Of a DNA stretch of 64,000 nucleotides, positions 27,003-36,205 are shown piece after piece. The notes beneath the pieces were generated by a model. The model made no database searches and had not been told where the DNA came from. It saw nothing but the letters and a program-made list of their open reading frames with translations. Position numbers and translations under genes: made by a program. Origin of the DNA: a virus; IMG/VR virus record IMGVR_UViG_3300036985_003683, positions 23,019-87,018 of that record, one strand, 5' to 3'. How positions within the stretch are numbered: position 1 is the first letter of the stretch; each line of letters starts with the position of its first letter.

Positions 27003-28816
27003 GTCTCACCACTCCGTTCGTAATGAAGTGCGATAACTCCCCAATGGATCTTTATGGAGAGACCTAGGAGCTGGAAGTCTCGTCCCATCACTAAGTCGGG
27101 TCCGCGGAGATCGCGTGGGTCGTTAGCTAGTGCACTGAACTTGAACTTCTTCAGACAATGTGCGTTCATTAGAAGCATGCCATGTGGGACAGCATCTACA
27201 ACTTGCACTCCCACTCCTGGAGTGATCCATTCGAAGTCCAATGGTATGTTCGTAGTCAGTTTCCACGCTAGGGACTTCTTCTCACGCCTGCATACATAGT
27301 GACCGCTGATAGCACCACCCACAGGACTCAATTCGTCGTTCAACCTAGTCAGGAAGTTACTCTCAACTGGAATGGTGTCGAATTCCCATATCAATACCCT
27401 ATCAGTGAGAATTGCACGTTTTGCCCTGTTGTACACGCACGACACAAGTGCACTGATGGGATACTTCACGCCATCCCATCTGTAGTACCTAGGTTCTTCC
27501 ATCTCCAACCAGTGCGCTTCTGTCTTACTCTGCCGTAGGCAGAACGTCTCAAACTTGTGTGCGTGATGGCATATGAACTCGCTCAGTATGACTTGCAACT
27601 CAGGTCGTGAGATGTCACTCCACAGATGAACGTGTAATAGTTCTTTGGGATAGTCCACATTCAACAGCGCGTCCAGATAGCGATTCAACAACAGTGGTTC
27701 ACAATCGTCCAGAGCTGTTACGATCGTCACACTCTCACGTTCGTCTAGATCGCGATCTTCCTGTGGGTGTGCAGAGATGGGTTGCTTTATGACAGCCAAC
27801 TTCCACCCCACATCTTCAAACTTACGTTTCTGCCCTTGTGACTGTTGGTACGCGAGTGTTCTGAACATCATGGGGAAACGTTTCCAACAGTCGTCCCCTG
27901 GAGCCTCCTCGTGGCTGAGTTCTCCAGACCAACATACAGGACTGACCACAGCACCTACGCTTGGATCTCTGAACTGTGCTAATGCAGCGTGCAGCCACCG
28001 TGTTGAAATACGCGCGGTATCGTCTGACACAAATACGTAGTCGCCACTCCCACGTAGTATCCCCAACCTCTCTCGTTCAACACGTGTCCCGCTTTCAGGA
28101 ACAAGATGAGGAGTCATCCACATATCACTGTGATAGTCAATGAACGATGCAGTTTCCACCTCACTTGTTGTCAGTGTGCACGACATGACATTGGTGTTAT
28201 CGTGGTGCACCAACCACGGGTCGCTCAACACAGTTGTAGGATAATTGTCCACATTCAGATGGGTCTTGGCATTGGACATCACAATCAACTCCTTGTCGAA
28301 AGTGTTCCTCATAAACCTGTCCATGTTGGAGATCTGCCATCCGTAGTCCATTAGCAGTTTGCGATACCATGCCTGGGTACGGGATAGTGCAAACTCACTC
28401 TGGGGTTGGTGTATCTTGTCCAGGACGAAGATGGTCTTAGTGCAGTGTATCTTGAGTTGCTCCAGGGCCCTGATCAACTCTTCCAACTCTAGACACTGTA
28501 GGACGTCGTGTAGAACGATGTAATCGAACTTCACAGGGTATGTTGCTTGAATATCCAACACATCTCCCTTCTGACAGTACTGGGGTGCCACTGAATGCTG
28601 AATAGCATACTGGGAAACGTCCAATCCCCAGGCGTCGAACCCCCTCATTCGGAGATGTTTCACGAGCCATCCCAGGCCACATCCCACATCTAACACGCGT
28701 CCCGTGATAGACTCGTGCAATACTCGTGATAGATCAAAGTACTTACTGGAGTCAAGTTCGCACCCAGTATTGGCGTAGTACTGTGCTCTGTTAAAATCTG
28801 GTAGGTTTATACTCAC
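26987..28816 (-). CDS. SAM methyltransferase fused to GT2-like domains
   Basis: VLDVGCGLG, GLDVS; downstream YVFVSDD and IWEFD/IHWGVIALH. Confidence 0.8.
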   Translation of the reverse strand: MSINLPDFNRAQYYANTGCELDSSKYFDLSRVLHESITGRVLDVGCGLGWLVKHLRMRGFDAWGLDVSQYAIQHSVAPQYCQKGDVLDIQATYPVKFDYIVLHDVLQCLELEELIRALEQLKIHCTKTIFVLDKIHQPQSEFALSRTQAWYRKLLMDYGWQISNMDRFMRNTFDKELIVMSNAKTHLNVDNYPTTVLSDPWLVHHDNTNVMSCTLTTSEVETASFIDYHSDMWMTPHLVPESGTRVERERLGILRGSGDYVFVSDDTARISTRWLHAALAQFRDPSVGAVVSPVCWSGELSHEEAPGDDCWKRFPMMFRTLAYQQSQGQKRKFEDVGWKLAVIKQPISAHPQEDRDLDERESVTIVTALDDCEPLLLNRYLDALLNVDYPKELLHVHLWSDISRPELQVILSEFICHHAHKFETFCLRQSKTEAHWLEMEEPRYYRWDGVKYPISALVSCVYNRAKRAILTDRVLIWEFDTIPVESNFLTRLNDELSPVGGAISGHYVCRREKKSLAWKLTTNIPLDFEWITPGVGVQVVDAVPHGMLLMNAHCLKKFKFSALANDPRDLRGPDLVMGRDFQLLGLSIKIHWGVIALHYERSGETCLRP

Positions 28817-28827
28817 CGTTTCACCTC

Positions 28828-28911
28828 TATAGACATCGATTTAACCACAGTTATCAGCGTTAAAGGCAATAAAGTACCGGCCCCGCTACATAAAGTACCC
28901 GCTACGTAGCC
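28828..28911 (-). repeat. Dispersed intergenic dyad element, copy A
   Basis: Ungapped 61/79 match to 61170-61248(+) and 51/72 to 48680-48751(-), counted by hand; contains TTTAAC-N13-GTTAAA. Confidence 0.85.
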
Positions 28912-30266
28912 TATGTTCTCCGTGAGCGATCCAGTAGTCTCTGCCCCAGCTCGTTTAGTTCGTCTGTGGAGAACCTCGAATTCTCGGAATACGACAGTGA
29001 ACACATCTTAGTGCTGGAGCTCCCCAACCTAGACTTGTAGACGAGACTGAAGAGCAGGTCCAACTCTGGAAATGCAAGTTGACCACTGTCCAGGTGGACG
29101 TCCAATACGTCTTCGGTTCTGACAAGGAACACCCTAGGTAATGCGTCTAGTGTGTATAAACTGGCGAGCTCCATGGGTGGAGTCTTGTTCAGAGTTATGC
29201 CGTCATAGGGTAACGGTATGTGCAACTCTTCCCACATGTGAGACAGGTCGTCACTGGAGAGATTGAAAGAGTCCAACCAACCCAAGCGGTACATCTTGCT
29301 GGAGACTGATACACTAGGTACTACGAACGAGTCATTGGGGTGGTCGAGTAGGTGACGTAATCCATGTACTAGGAACGACCTGTTGACCTGATCAGAAACG
29401 CGCATCAACATCACTGTGGACCCGGAAGACATACGCATCCCTTCCGTGAACACTGTAGTGGCAGAGCGCGTTCCACCTTCGGACAGTACTACTGGGATCT
29501 GTGTACCTGTCAAGTAGTAGGTGGCTAGCGATGCACCCCCAAACTCCATTTTGGGAGTCAAGTAGGAAAGAACGTTAGGACACTGGGATGTGTTGACTAA
29601 TACCAACTCCACACTTCGTATAAACAACGTCCGTACATGGTCTAGGAACTTACGTAAATAGTCTGGTCCCATCCAACAGTCTACCACTATCGAAGTGGAG
29701 ACAGAATCACGTGTCAGGACTGGCTTCCGCACTATCCTCTCAGGATTGCAGGTGAGAACCAAGCAGTCCCACCCAGTGGTGGATTGAAGCCTCCGCTGCT
29801 GCAACTCGTCACATACCCACCCACCATTTTCGAAAATGCCCTTGTAGAAGGAGGTAGTGCGAGTGATCTCACCACCTACGCCTGGTGAATTGAGTATCAC
29901 TAGCCACTTCTTACAATGTACGCGTGACCACCTTACGAACTCGTTAAGTTCGTCCTCGTCAAAACACCCCAACAGCTTAGACGCTAGTAACACGTCGTAA
30001 GTATCCTCTTCACTGAGGAAGCTACGGAGATGTACGTTTTCTACAACTCGACTGTCCACGGCGAATGGATTCACATCGATACCGTTAGCAACCACAGAGT
30101 GGTCCTCACGAAGATGCTTCACCACCCAACCTAGTCCACACCCAACGTCCAAAACTGAACCTGGGAATAACTCTGCGATCTTGGTTGCGATCATGAACAG
30201 ATGTCCATCGCCTACCAACATTCCCCGAGATTCGCAGTACTCACGATCGTATATCATTGTGTACAC
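28911..30266 (-). CDS. SAM methyltransferase fused to a degenerate GT2-like domain
   Basis: VLDVGCGLGWVVKHLR; paralogue of the N-terminus of 26987..28816. Confidence 0.75.
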   Translation of the reverse strand: MYTMIYDREYCESRGMLVGDGHLFMIATKIAELFPGSVLDVGCGLGWVVKHLREDHSVVANGIDVNPFAVDSRVVENVHLRSFLSEEDTYDVLLASKLLGCFDEDELNEFVRWSRVHCKKWLVILNSPGVGGEITRTTSFYKGIFENGGWVCDELQQRRLQSTTGWDCLVLTCNPERIVRKPVLTRDSVSTSIVVDCWMGPDYLRKFLDHVRTLFIRSVELVLVNTSQCPNVLSYLTPKMEFGGASLATYYLTGTQIPVVLSEGGTRSATTVFTEGMRMSSGSTVMLMRVSDQVNRSFLVHGLRHLLDHPNDSFVVPSVSVSSKMYRLGWLDSFNLSSDDLSHMWEELHIPLPYDGITLNKTPPMELASLYTLDALPRVFLVRTEDVLDVHLDSGQLAFPELDLLFSLVYKSRLGSSSTKMCSLSYSENSRFSTDELNELGQRLLDRSRRT

Positions 30267-33200
30267 ACCTTATCTATTCCCATAACCCGCATCACTTCGT
30301 CGTACACTCTGCAGACAGTTAGTCCAATTTGACAGTACAATTGGGGCTGACTACAAGTGCTGTACTCCTTAGGAAAAGGAGGTTTGTGATGACAACCCAG
30401 ACACTCCAGATCTATGGGAACGGAGACTGGGAACAAGAATTCAGAGTCTGCCACTAGTTTTGGATCAGTGGGTCCGAAGATGCATATGGTAGGTACCTTG
30501 ACCCCCACTCCAATATGTAGCCCCACACTATCACTACAAACTACTCCCCGACTGATAGCAGTCAATGCAGCTACCTCGTCCCAAGATCTTCCGAAGAAGG
30601 GTATGCCCATGTCCACACGCTCATCAGCGAGCGAACCCACTTCAACGATTTGGAAGTCCTTACTCAACTTCTGGGTCAACTCTTTCCACCGAGAGAGTGG
30701 CCAACGTCGATTAGCCCAACTAGCTCTCCAATGCACTACCAGCAGATTTGGATGGGCAGAAAACTCGTCACGTATCTTATCCAGAGTTGACTGCTTGGTC
30801 CAATATCCAGGACGCACATAGGGCACACCCGCAAGGCGTGCAACTTGTCTAGGCCTATTCTGCCCTAGGTCCACTTCATATGCGGAATCCAGGTTGATCA
30901 CCAGGTGGTACTCTACTCCAGGTTCTGCGCTGTCTAGTATGTCATCCACCCATGGACAATTCTCCATAATGGCCCCGCATTTTGTCATAAGCACTATGCG
31001 AGAGAGAGGGAATTTCCATCTGAGTGCCTTCAGGGCACCTTCACATGAAAGTAAGTCACCATTGGCACCTCCCCTAACCACCAGAATGCAGTGTCGAACG
31101 AAAGTGCGGGTCGTCAGATAATTGCGCCACCTGTGTAGCATGTACTTGACGTTCTGAGCTTCAGTCTGGTCCATTAACGACCTGATAGGGGCGTTGTTTA
31201 CCCTAGTGATGGACCTCAAATGGTCGATCTTAGCTTCGGGCACTGCCAGTATCTTGTAACCCATCTCACGCAGTCTGAGTGATAGATCTGCGTCTTCACA
31301 TGTAGCGAACTTCAAATGCGCTTCGTCAAAAACTGGATACCTATCCATCACCCAGTGAGGTAGCATGAAGAAGTATCCCTCCAGGTAGTCTAGAGGCCCT
31401 TCACCAGGCCCACCTAACATGGCCTCGTTGAGGTATCCATACTCGGGTACTGGACCTGTCTGAGCCACTAGTGGATCTTTGAAGGGCTCAGACAGAGCTT
31501 CGAACCACCCAGGATGGACAATGATGTCATTATTGGACACCACATAGAACTTGCCCCGAGCGCGCTTGCCCATGGTGTTCATGGGGTAGATGTACCCCCG
31601 GTTGGTCTGTGACTTGAAGATCTTCACTACTGGATGGTTAACGTACTTATCATACAGCAGATGCATATCGGGATCGGTAGATGCGTTGTCCCACACAAAT
31701 ATCTCGCGCAGTATCCCCTCTGTAGTTGAAAGCATGGACTCGATAGCGTTGATAGTCATCTGGGGGTGGTCTACTGCAGTCACAGCGATTGTGAGGTCCA
31801 ACTCGCGAGGTTCAGCTTCTTTCACTGAATCTCCATAGTACACGACCTCTGGAAGATCCACTCGTGGTGCAAAGTCCACGTTGTATCCACTACTGATCCA
31901 GGTCTGTGTACTAGCAACCCAACGTGAAGAGTCCACAGAAATCTTGCGCGATTCCTTGTGGAACACACCACCTACCAACTCTCCGTAGGAGTTGAACATC
32001 TTTGGGACCTGTGCAGAATCACACGCCCACACGTCGGATATCCCAGCGGGAACATCACCCAGTGGCACATCTGTGGAAACTGCCCCTGTACCCTTGCGTA
32101 GGAGTGTTAGCACGTCACTTGGCTTAACTATGACGCGAGTGTCCCACCACACTAGCCTACTAGTGTTAAGTATCACACTGGAGAGCACATTCCAATCGTC
32201 TATGAACTGCACGTTGTGACTCAACCAATCTACTGGATCGGTAAAGCCATACACCACCACTACCACACCTTCGGGGAGGGTCAGGTTCGACAGATTAGTG
32301 TGGAACTGCTTGGGTGTATCCCTCCGCACGGTCAGTACAAGGAGTGTGTCCAATCGCTTCTTGGTAAGTGGACTACGGAACAGGTTCGAAAAGAAGCTTG
32401 CTGAGGGTGCTGGAGCTGGTAGGTTCAAACGTGAGGCGATAGCTCTACAGGCATCTTCGCGTGTAGATGATTTCCTTACTTGCTTCTCATATCGTGGGTC
32501 GTGATCCAGGGGGACGAGCTGTGTGAAGGGCTCTACGTGTGCACATTTTACTCCCCAGTTTATCAGACATGGGTAACCCATTTCCCACAGGTCAGCACAC
32601 AGTGTAATGTCCGTGGCGTAGAAAGACGAAGTGTCATCGCGTTGGGGTCTAACTGCCACCATCTTCAGCAGTCGAGTGCGCCAGAGGGTGCAGGAGAACG
32701 ATACGCCATCCACACGTTGGATCTCTTCTCGCTTAGACACGTACCGGATAGTGGGAGTTCTGCCTTCGAACTTCCAACACATCGTGTTGTAGTCGTGACG
32801 TTCTATCACGTTCCCGGCAGCTGCAGCGGATCCTTCGGATCTGTGGAGAGTCTCATATAAACGCACTAGACAGTCACGGTCAAGCATGACCACGTCGTCT
32901 TCTAGCGTTAATACATACTCAGTATCCACTAAGTGAGTCATTCGACCATAGATTCTGGCTACTGCCTGCACAGTAGAGTATCTATCGGGAGTGGGTGGGG
33001 TGGAGTCTTTGATGTACGCAATAGAAGCATACCCCCCTTGCCCCGCCATAAACCATCGACACAGCGCTGCGAAGGAGTCGTCATTCGAGTTGTCGTACAA
33101 CATCAGATTGACTGGTACTGGGGGCATCTCCAGAGTGGAGAGTGCCGTGAAGAATTCTGCTGCACAATGCCAACGTGCTTGGAGAGGTGCGAAGATCGTG

Positions 33201-33568
33201 ATGCCAGGTTGGAGTTTGATGTACTCGGGATTGGCAGCTGCTGGAGTCACGTACTTGACTCTGAGACCGCTAGGAATGCGCGGTTTCTCATTCGCGATGT
33301 CGCCGATGAACTCCAATAGGGGCTCTAACCAGCGAAGGTTTGCTTCACTACGTCGCACTATGCCTACCCCAGTGGAGCTGGCCTGGACTACGTGTGAGTT
33401 GGGGTTGATCTGATCGTCTACGAAGATATGTCGCAGATGTAGATCGGAAGCGTTCTCGAGTAAACGCTGAATCTGTGGCGGAAAATTTCCCGCAGTATGG
33501 TTTACATTGACTCTGGACGAATGTATGATCTGTCCAGTGTCTTCTTGGTAAATCACTAACAAGGGCAA
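30254..33568 (-). CDS. Large multidomain glycosyltransferase (GT2 + GT2 + GT9 heptosyltransferase-like)
   Basis: YDNS/LEDDV, WDNASTD/SNNDI/EDADLSLR, GGANGDL..RRWP..DSVGLH..IFGPTDP. Likely TTG start 33568 after AGGAGG. Confidence 0.85.
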   Translation of the reverse strand: MPLLVIYQEDTGQIIHSSRVNVNHTAGNFPPQIQRLLENASDLHLRHIFVDDQINPNSHVVQASSTGVGIVRRSEANLRWLEPLLEFIGDIANEKPRIPSGLRVKYVTPAAANPEYIKLQPGITIFAPLQARWHCAAEFFTALSTLEMPPVPVNLMLYDNSNDDSFAALCRWFMAGQGGYASIAYIKDSTPPTPDRYSTVQAVARIYGRMTHLVDTEYVLTLEDDVVMLDRDCLVRLYETLHRSEGSAAAAGNVIERHDYNTMCWKFEGRTPTIRYVSKREEIQRVDGVSFSCTLWRTRLLKMVAVRPQRDDTSSFYATDITLCADLWEMGYPCLINWGVKCAHVEPFTQLVPLDHDPRYEKQVRKSSTREDACRAIASRLNLPAPAPSASFFSNLFRSPLTKKRLDTLLVLTVRRDTPKQFHTNLSNLTLPEGVVVVVYGFTDPVDWLSHNVQFIDDWNVLSSVILNTSRLVWWDTRVIVKPSDVLTLLRKGTGAVSTDVPLGDVPAGISDVWACDSAQVPKMFNSYGELVGGVFHKESRKISVDSSRWVASTQTWISSGYNVDFAPRVDLPEVVYYGDSVKEAEPRELDLTIAVTAVDHPQMTINAIESMLSTTEGILREIFVWDNASTDPDMHLLYDKYVNHPVVKIFKSQTNRGYIYPMNTMGKRARGKFYVVSNNDIIVHPGWFEALSEPFKDPLVAQTGPVPEYGYLNEAMLGGPGEGPLDYLEGYFFMLPHWVMDRYPVFDEAHLKFATCEDADLSLRLREMGYKILAVPEAKIDHLRSITRVNNAPIRSLMDQTEAQNVKYMLHRWRNYLTTRTFVRHCILVVRGGANGDLLSCEGALKALRWKFPLSRIVLMTKCGAIMENCPWVDDILDSAEPGVEYHLVINLDSAYEVDLGQNRPRQVARLAGVPYVRPGYWTKQSTLDKIRDEFSAHPNLLVVHWRASWANRRWPLSRWKELTQKLSKDFQIVEVGSLADERVDMGIPFFGRSWDEVAALTAISRGVVCSDSVGLHIGVGVKVPTICIFGPTDPKLVADSEFLFPVSVPIDLECLGCHHKPPFPKEYSTCSQPQLYCQIGLTVCRVYDEVMRVMGIDKVCTQ

Positions 33569-33581
33569 GGGGGCAGTCCTC

Positions 33582-35321
33582 CTAGCGTCGCGCGAATCTC
33601 GATGATCCTCCAACAAGGGGCGGATGGCGTAATTGATCAACGACTCGCGACAACACTAACTGATCGTGTCTTAACATGTATCTACGCTTAAACTCTGCGT
33701 AGGAGGCCACTCGATAGATGTCGTTGGTTAACTGACATTTCATAGTGTCCTCATTGGGGAAAATCTCAATCTGCATCAGTTGGCAATTGATTGCAGACCA
33801 CTTGTTCAAATTGGCCATGTTACCCATCATCAACAGTGAGTAAGTGGTCAAATCGATAGTGTCCAGAGATATGGTAGCTTCGATACGTTCGTCTCCCATA
33901 CGTGCTAGCATAGCGTTGGCTATGGCTTGCATCATCCCAGTATCATCTCTGGGGGGCATGGGCATACTGTACTCTTCACCGCTGTTCTCTTGGTAAGTAG
34001 GATCAACCGAACAATCATAGGCTCCCCCATAATTATACGTACTAATCAGATTATACGTGCTGCTAATTGGATGTGAAGAGTGAATGAGCTTATCGTCGTA
34101 CACCCCTTCTTCACGTATGAGTTGGTAGTTGTCGTAGGCGGTTCCACCCGGACCAGCTATTACTTGGAAGGGAGCTAGATACAGGGTCCACACCTCGATT
34201 ACGTGTCCAGTGAGATCTTGTGAGGTAGTAGCTACTCCAGTGTCCAGATTCCAATCAGCGAAGTCCGCGTGACAGGGTACGCCATCTACAACTAAGATGG
34301 GTCCTAGAAGTCCGTTAGTTAGAGTCCCTTCCCAGAAGGGAGTATACGATTGAGGGTCGTACACAATCCAACTCATGCCAGGACTACCCTCGCCGTCGGC
34401 CCAGTGCGGAACCATGGTGGCGGGTGTCAATGAACCCTGAGACACTGGTATCAATTCAACGATCTTGCCTCTGCCCTCCACTATGATCCTAGTCTTGGCG
34501 CTGGATATGTTCAATTTCATACTGCTATCTGTGCACAGCGCATCTTGACCAGAGGCAGTGGCAGTAGTAGTGATATGCTCGGCGGGTTTCCCAAAGTAGA
34601 AGTTCACTGCAGTGCTTGCTGTGAAATCGTGCACTACCAATGTGGGATTATTGGGGTCTGCGGGGTCGATGTATATGCCGTGGTGACCCATCTGTTCTAC
34701 CAGATTCTGCATGTACGTCCAGAATCTCTGACCCACTACACGGGTCTCACTCAATTGGAGTGATAGTCCTAGAAGAGACGCAGCATCGTAAGACTTCAAC
34801 ACAGAAACGGGCATCCATGGATTCTGCACTGATGATGAAGAGGGATGGTGCAATGGTATAGCACTTCCAGCAGCCGGAATCCCAATAGCGTGTTCCAGGA
34901 TGTCAACCATAATCTGCCCCACCGTCCACAGTGCCCCCAGAGAGCTAGGGGAGGTGTAATCGGGTAGATTGTCGATGTTGTACTTGTGCTCTATGGAGCT
35001 ATTCCACTTGATCAGATGGCGGTCAGCCATCGCTTCCAACCCCAACGCATCATACGTGATACCCTCGGTACGTACTCCTCTCGGAGTGTTCACCTCGAGA
35101 GCGCCTCGGAACACTAGAGTTGCAAAATTGTCCCGAGAAATCCATATCTCGTTGTTGTTGGTGAGGAGATCTAATCCGACGTCGTGCTTACCTGGAAAGA
35201 ACAACTGGCACTTACGTGGAAAGGCATAACCCCAAGAGATGGACTTGATATCCACACCTTCCACTATAGTGCCAGCAGCACCCCCTACCTTAACTAGCCA
35301 TTCTCCAGTTGTCAGTCCCAT
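33582..35321 (-). CDS. Tail tip/baseplate hub-like protein
   Basis: Second gene after the tape measure; VFRG, IYIDP, TRIIVEGRG patterns. Confidence 0.55.
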   Translation of the reverse strand: MGLTTGEWLVKVGGAAGTIVEGVDIKSISWGYAFPRKCQLFFPGKHDVGLDLLTNNNEIWISRDNFATLVFRGALEVNTPRGVRTEGITYDALGLEAMADRHLIKWNSSIEHKYNIDNLPDYTSPSSLGALWTVGQIMVDILEHAIGIPAAGSAIPLHHPSSSSVQNPWMPVSVLKSYDAASLLGLSLQLSETRVVGQRFWTYMQNLVEQMGHHGIYIDPADPNNPTLVVHDFTASTAVNFYFGKPAEHITTTATASGQDALCTDSSMKLNISSAKTRIIVEGRGKIVELIPVSQGSLTPATMVPHWADGEGSPGMSWIVYDPQSYTPFWEGTLTNGLLGPILVVDGVPCHADFADWNLDTGVATTSQDLTGHVIEVWTLYLAPFQVIAGPGGTAYDNYQLIREEGVYDDKLIHSSHPISSTYNLISTYNYGGAYDCSVDPTYQENSGEEYSMPMPPRDDTGMMQAIANAMLARMGDERIEATISLDTIDLTTYSLLMMGNMANLNKWSAINCQLMQIEIFPNEDTMKCQLTNDIYRVASYAEFKRRYMLRHDQLVLSRVVDQLRHPPLVGGSSRFARR

Positions 35322-35334
35322 AGTAATTATACCA

Positions 35335-36204
35335 TCACACGGTAGGTTCTAACTCGTGTTCGAAAGAAAGAGATACGGGAGCTGTCCACAGATTGTCACC
35401 ACTATCGGGTGAAAAGTCAGTGAGGTAGCAATTCTGGAATGTGTTACCCTGGCCCACTAAGTCACCCTTCTGACTTGACAATTCGTGAAAGGAGTCGTGC
35501 AATAGCTTCTCCAAAGGAGGCCTACTGTAGGTGACGCCATCGGGTACAACCCTGTACCATGATGAAACGTTCAAACTCAACCTACGTGCTCCACGCCTAC
35601 TCTTCACACGTACGCCCAACCCCCTAGGCACAGTCTCAACTATGGATGGACGACTCACAGACATGGAATCTATAAAAGCGTGAGTTCCCAATGCCTTAGT
35701 GGCGAAGGTGTAGGAACCCGCACTGGTCCTAGCGCCAGCCTCAGCTGGTTCGACTGGGTCGGGGGTCAACTTAGCAGCTAGCCCCGCGTCCTTGGGTAGA
35801 GACCTTATGAAGGTCAACTCATAGCAGATGTACGAAGAATTGGCAGCGTTCCGGATAGAGCACTTGCCCCCAGTGAAGAGTGTGTCAATCCAAACTTGAT
35901 CTGCTATCTGGAGCTTGCCGATACCCGTCTTACCCAAGTCCCTCAAAAACTCATAGCAGAACCACTCTGCAGCGCCCGAGGTAGTTCTCTCAAAATATGA
36001 CGTCACGGAGAGTTGGAACAGGCCCCCACCAAGAGCATGATAATTCACACCCATAGGGAGAGGGACGGTAGCTGCTTGCACTGCGGGGTAACTAGAGAGA
36101 ATGGCTACGTCAAAACCCGACTGGAGATTGAGAAGGGGACTGCGTGGGAGGAATACTGTTATCGCGTTAGTCTCGTCTACGAATTGTCCAGCTGTGGGGA
36201 TCAT
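35335..36204 (-). CDS. Distal tail (Dit-like) protein
   Basis: Immediately follows the tape measure; beta-rich. Confidence 0.45.
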   Translation of the reverse strand: MIPTAGQFVDETNAITVFLPRSPLLNLQSGFDVAILSSYPAVQAATVPLPMGVNYHALGGGLFQLSVTSYFERTTSGAAEWFCYEFLRDLGKTGIGKLQIADQVWIDTLFTGGKCSIRNAANSSYICYELTFIRSLPKDAGLAAKLTPDPVEPAEAGARTSAGSYTFATKALGTHAFIDSMSVSRPSIVETVPRGLGVRVKSRRGARRLSLNVSSWYRVVPDGVTYSRPPLEKLLHDSFHELSSQKGDLVGQGNTFQNCYLTDFSPDSGDNLWTAPVSLSFEHELEPTV

Positions 36205-36205
36205 C

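Noticed and set aside
28828-28911. Dyad element as an integron attC or a true dif site
   Set aside because: GTTAAAT fits GTTRRRY, but the arms are only 13 bp apart (too short for attC), the spacing is one base off dif geometry, and there is no XerC arm.
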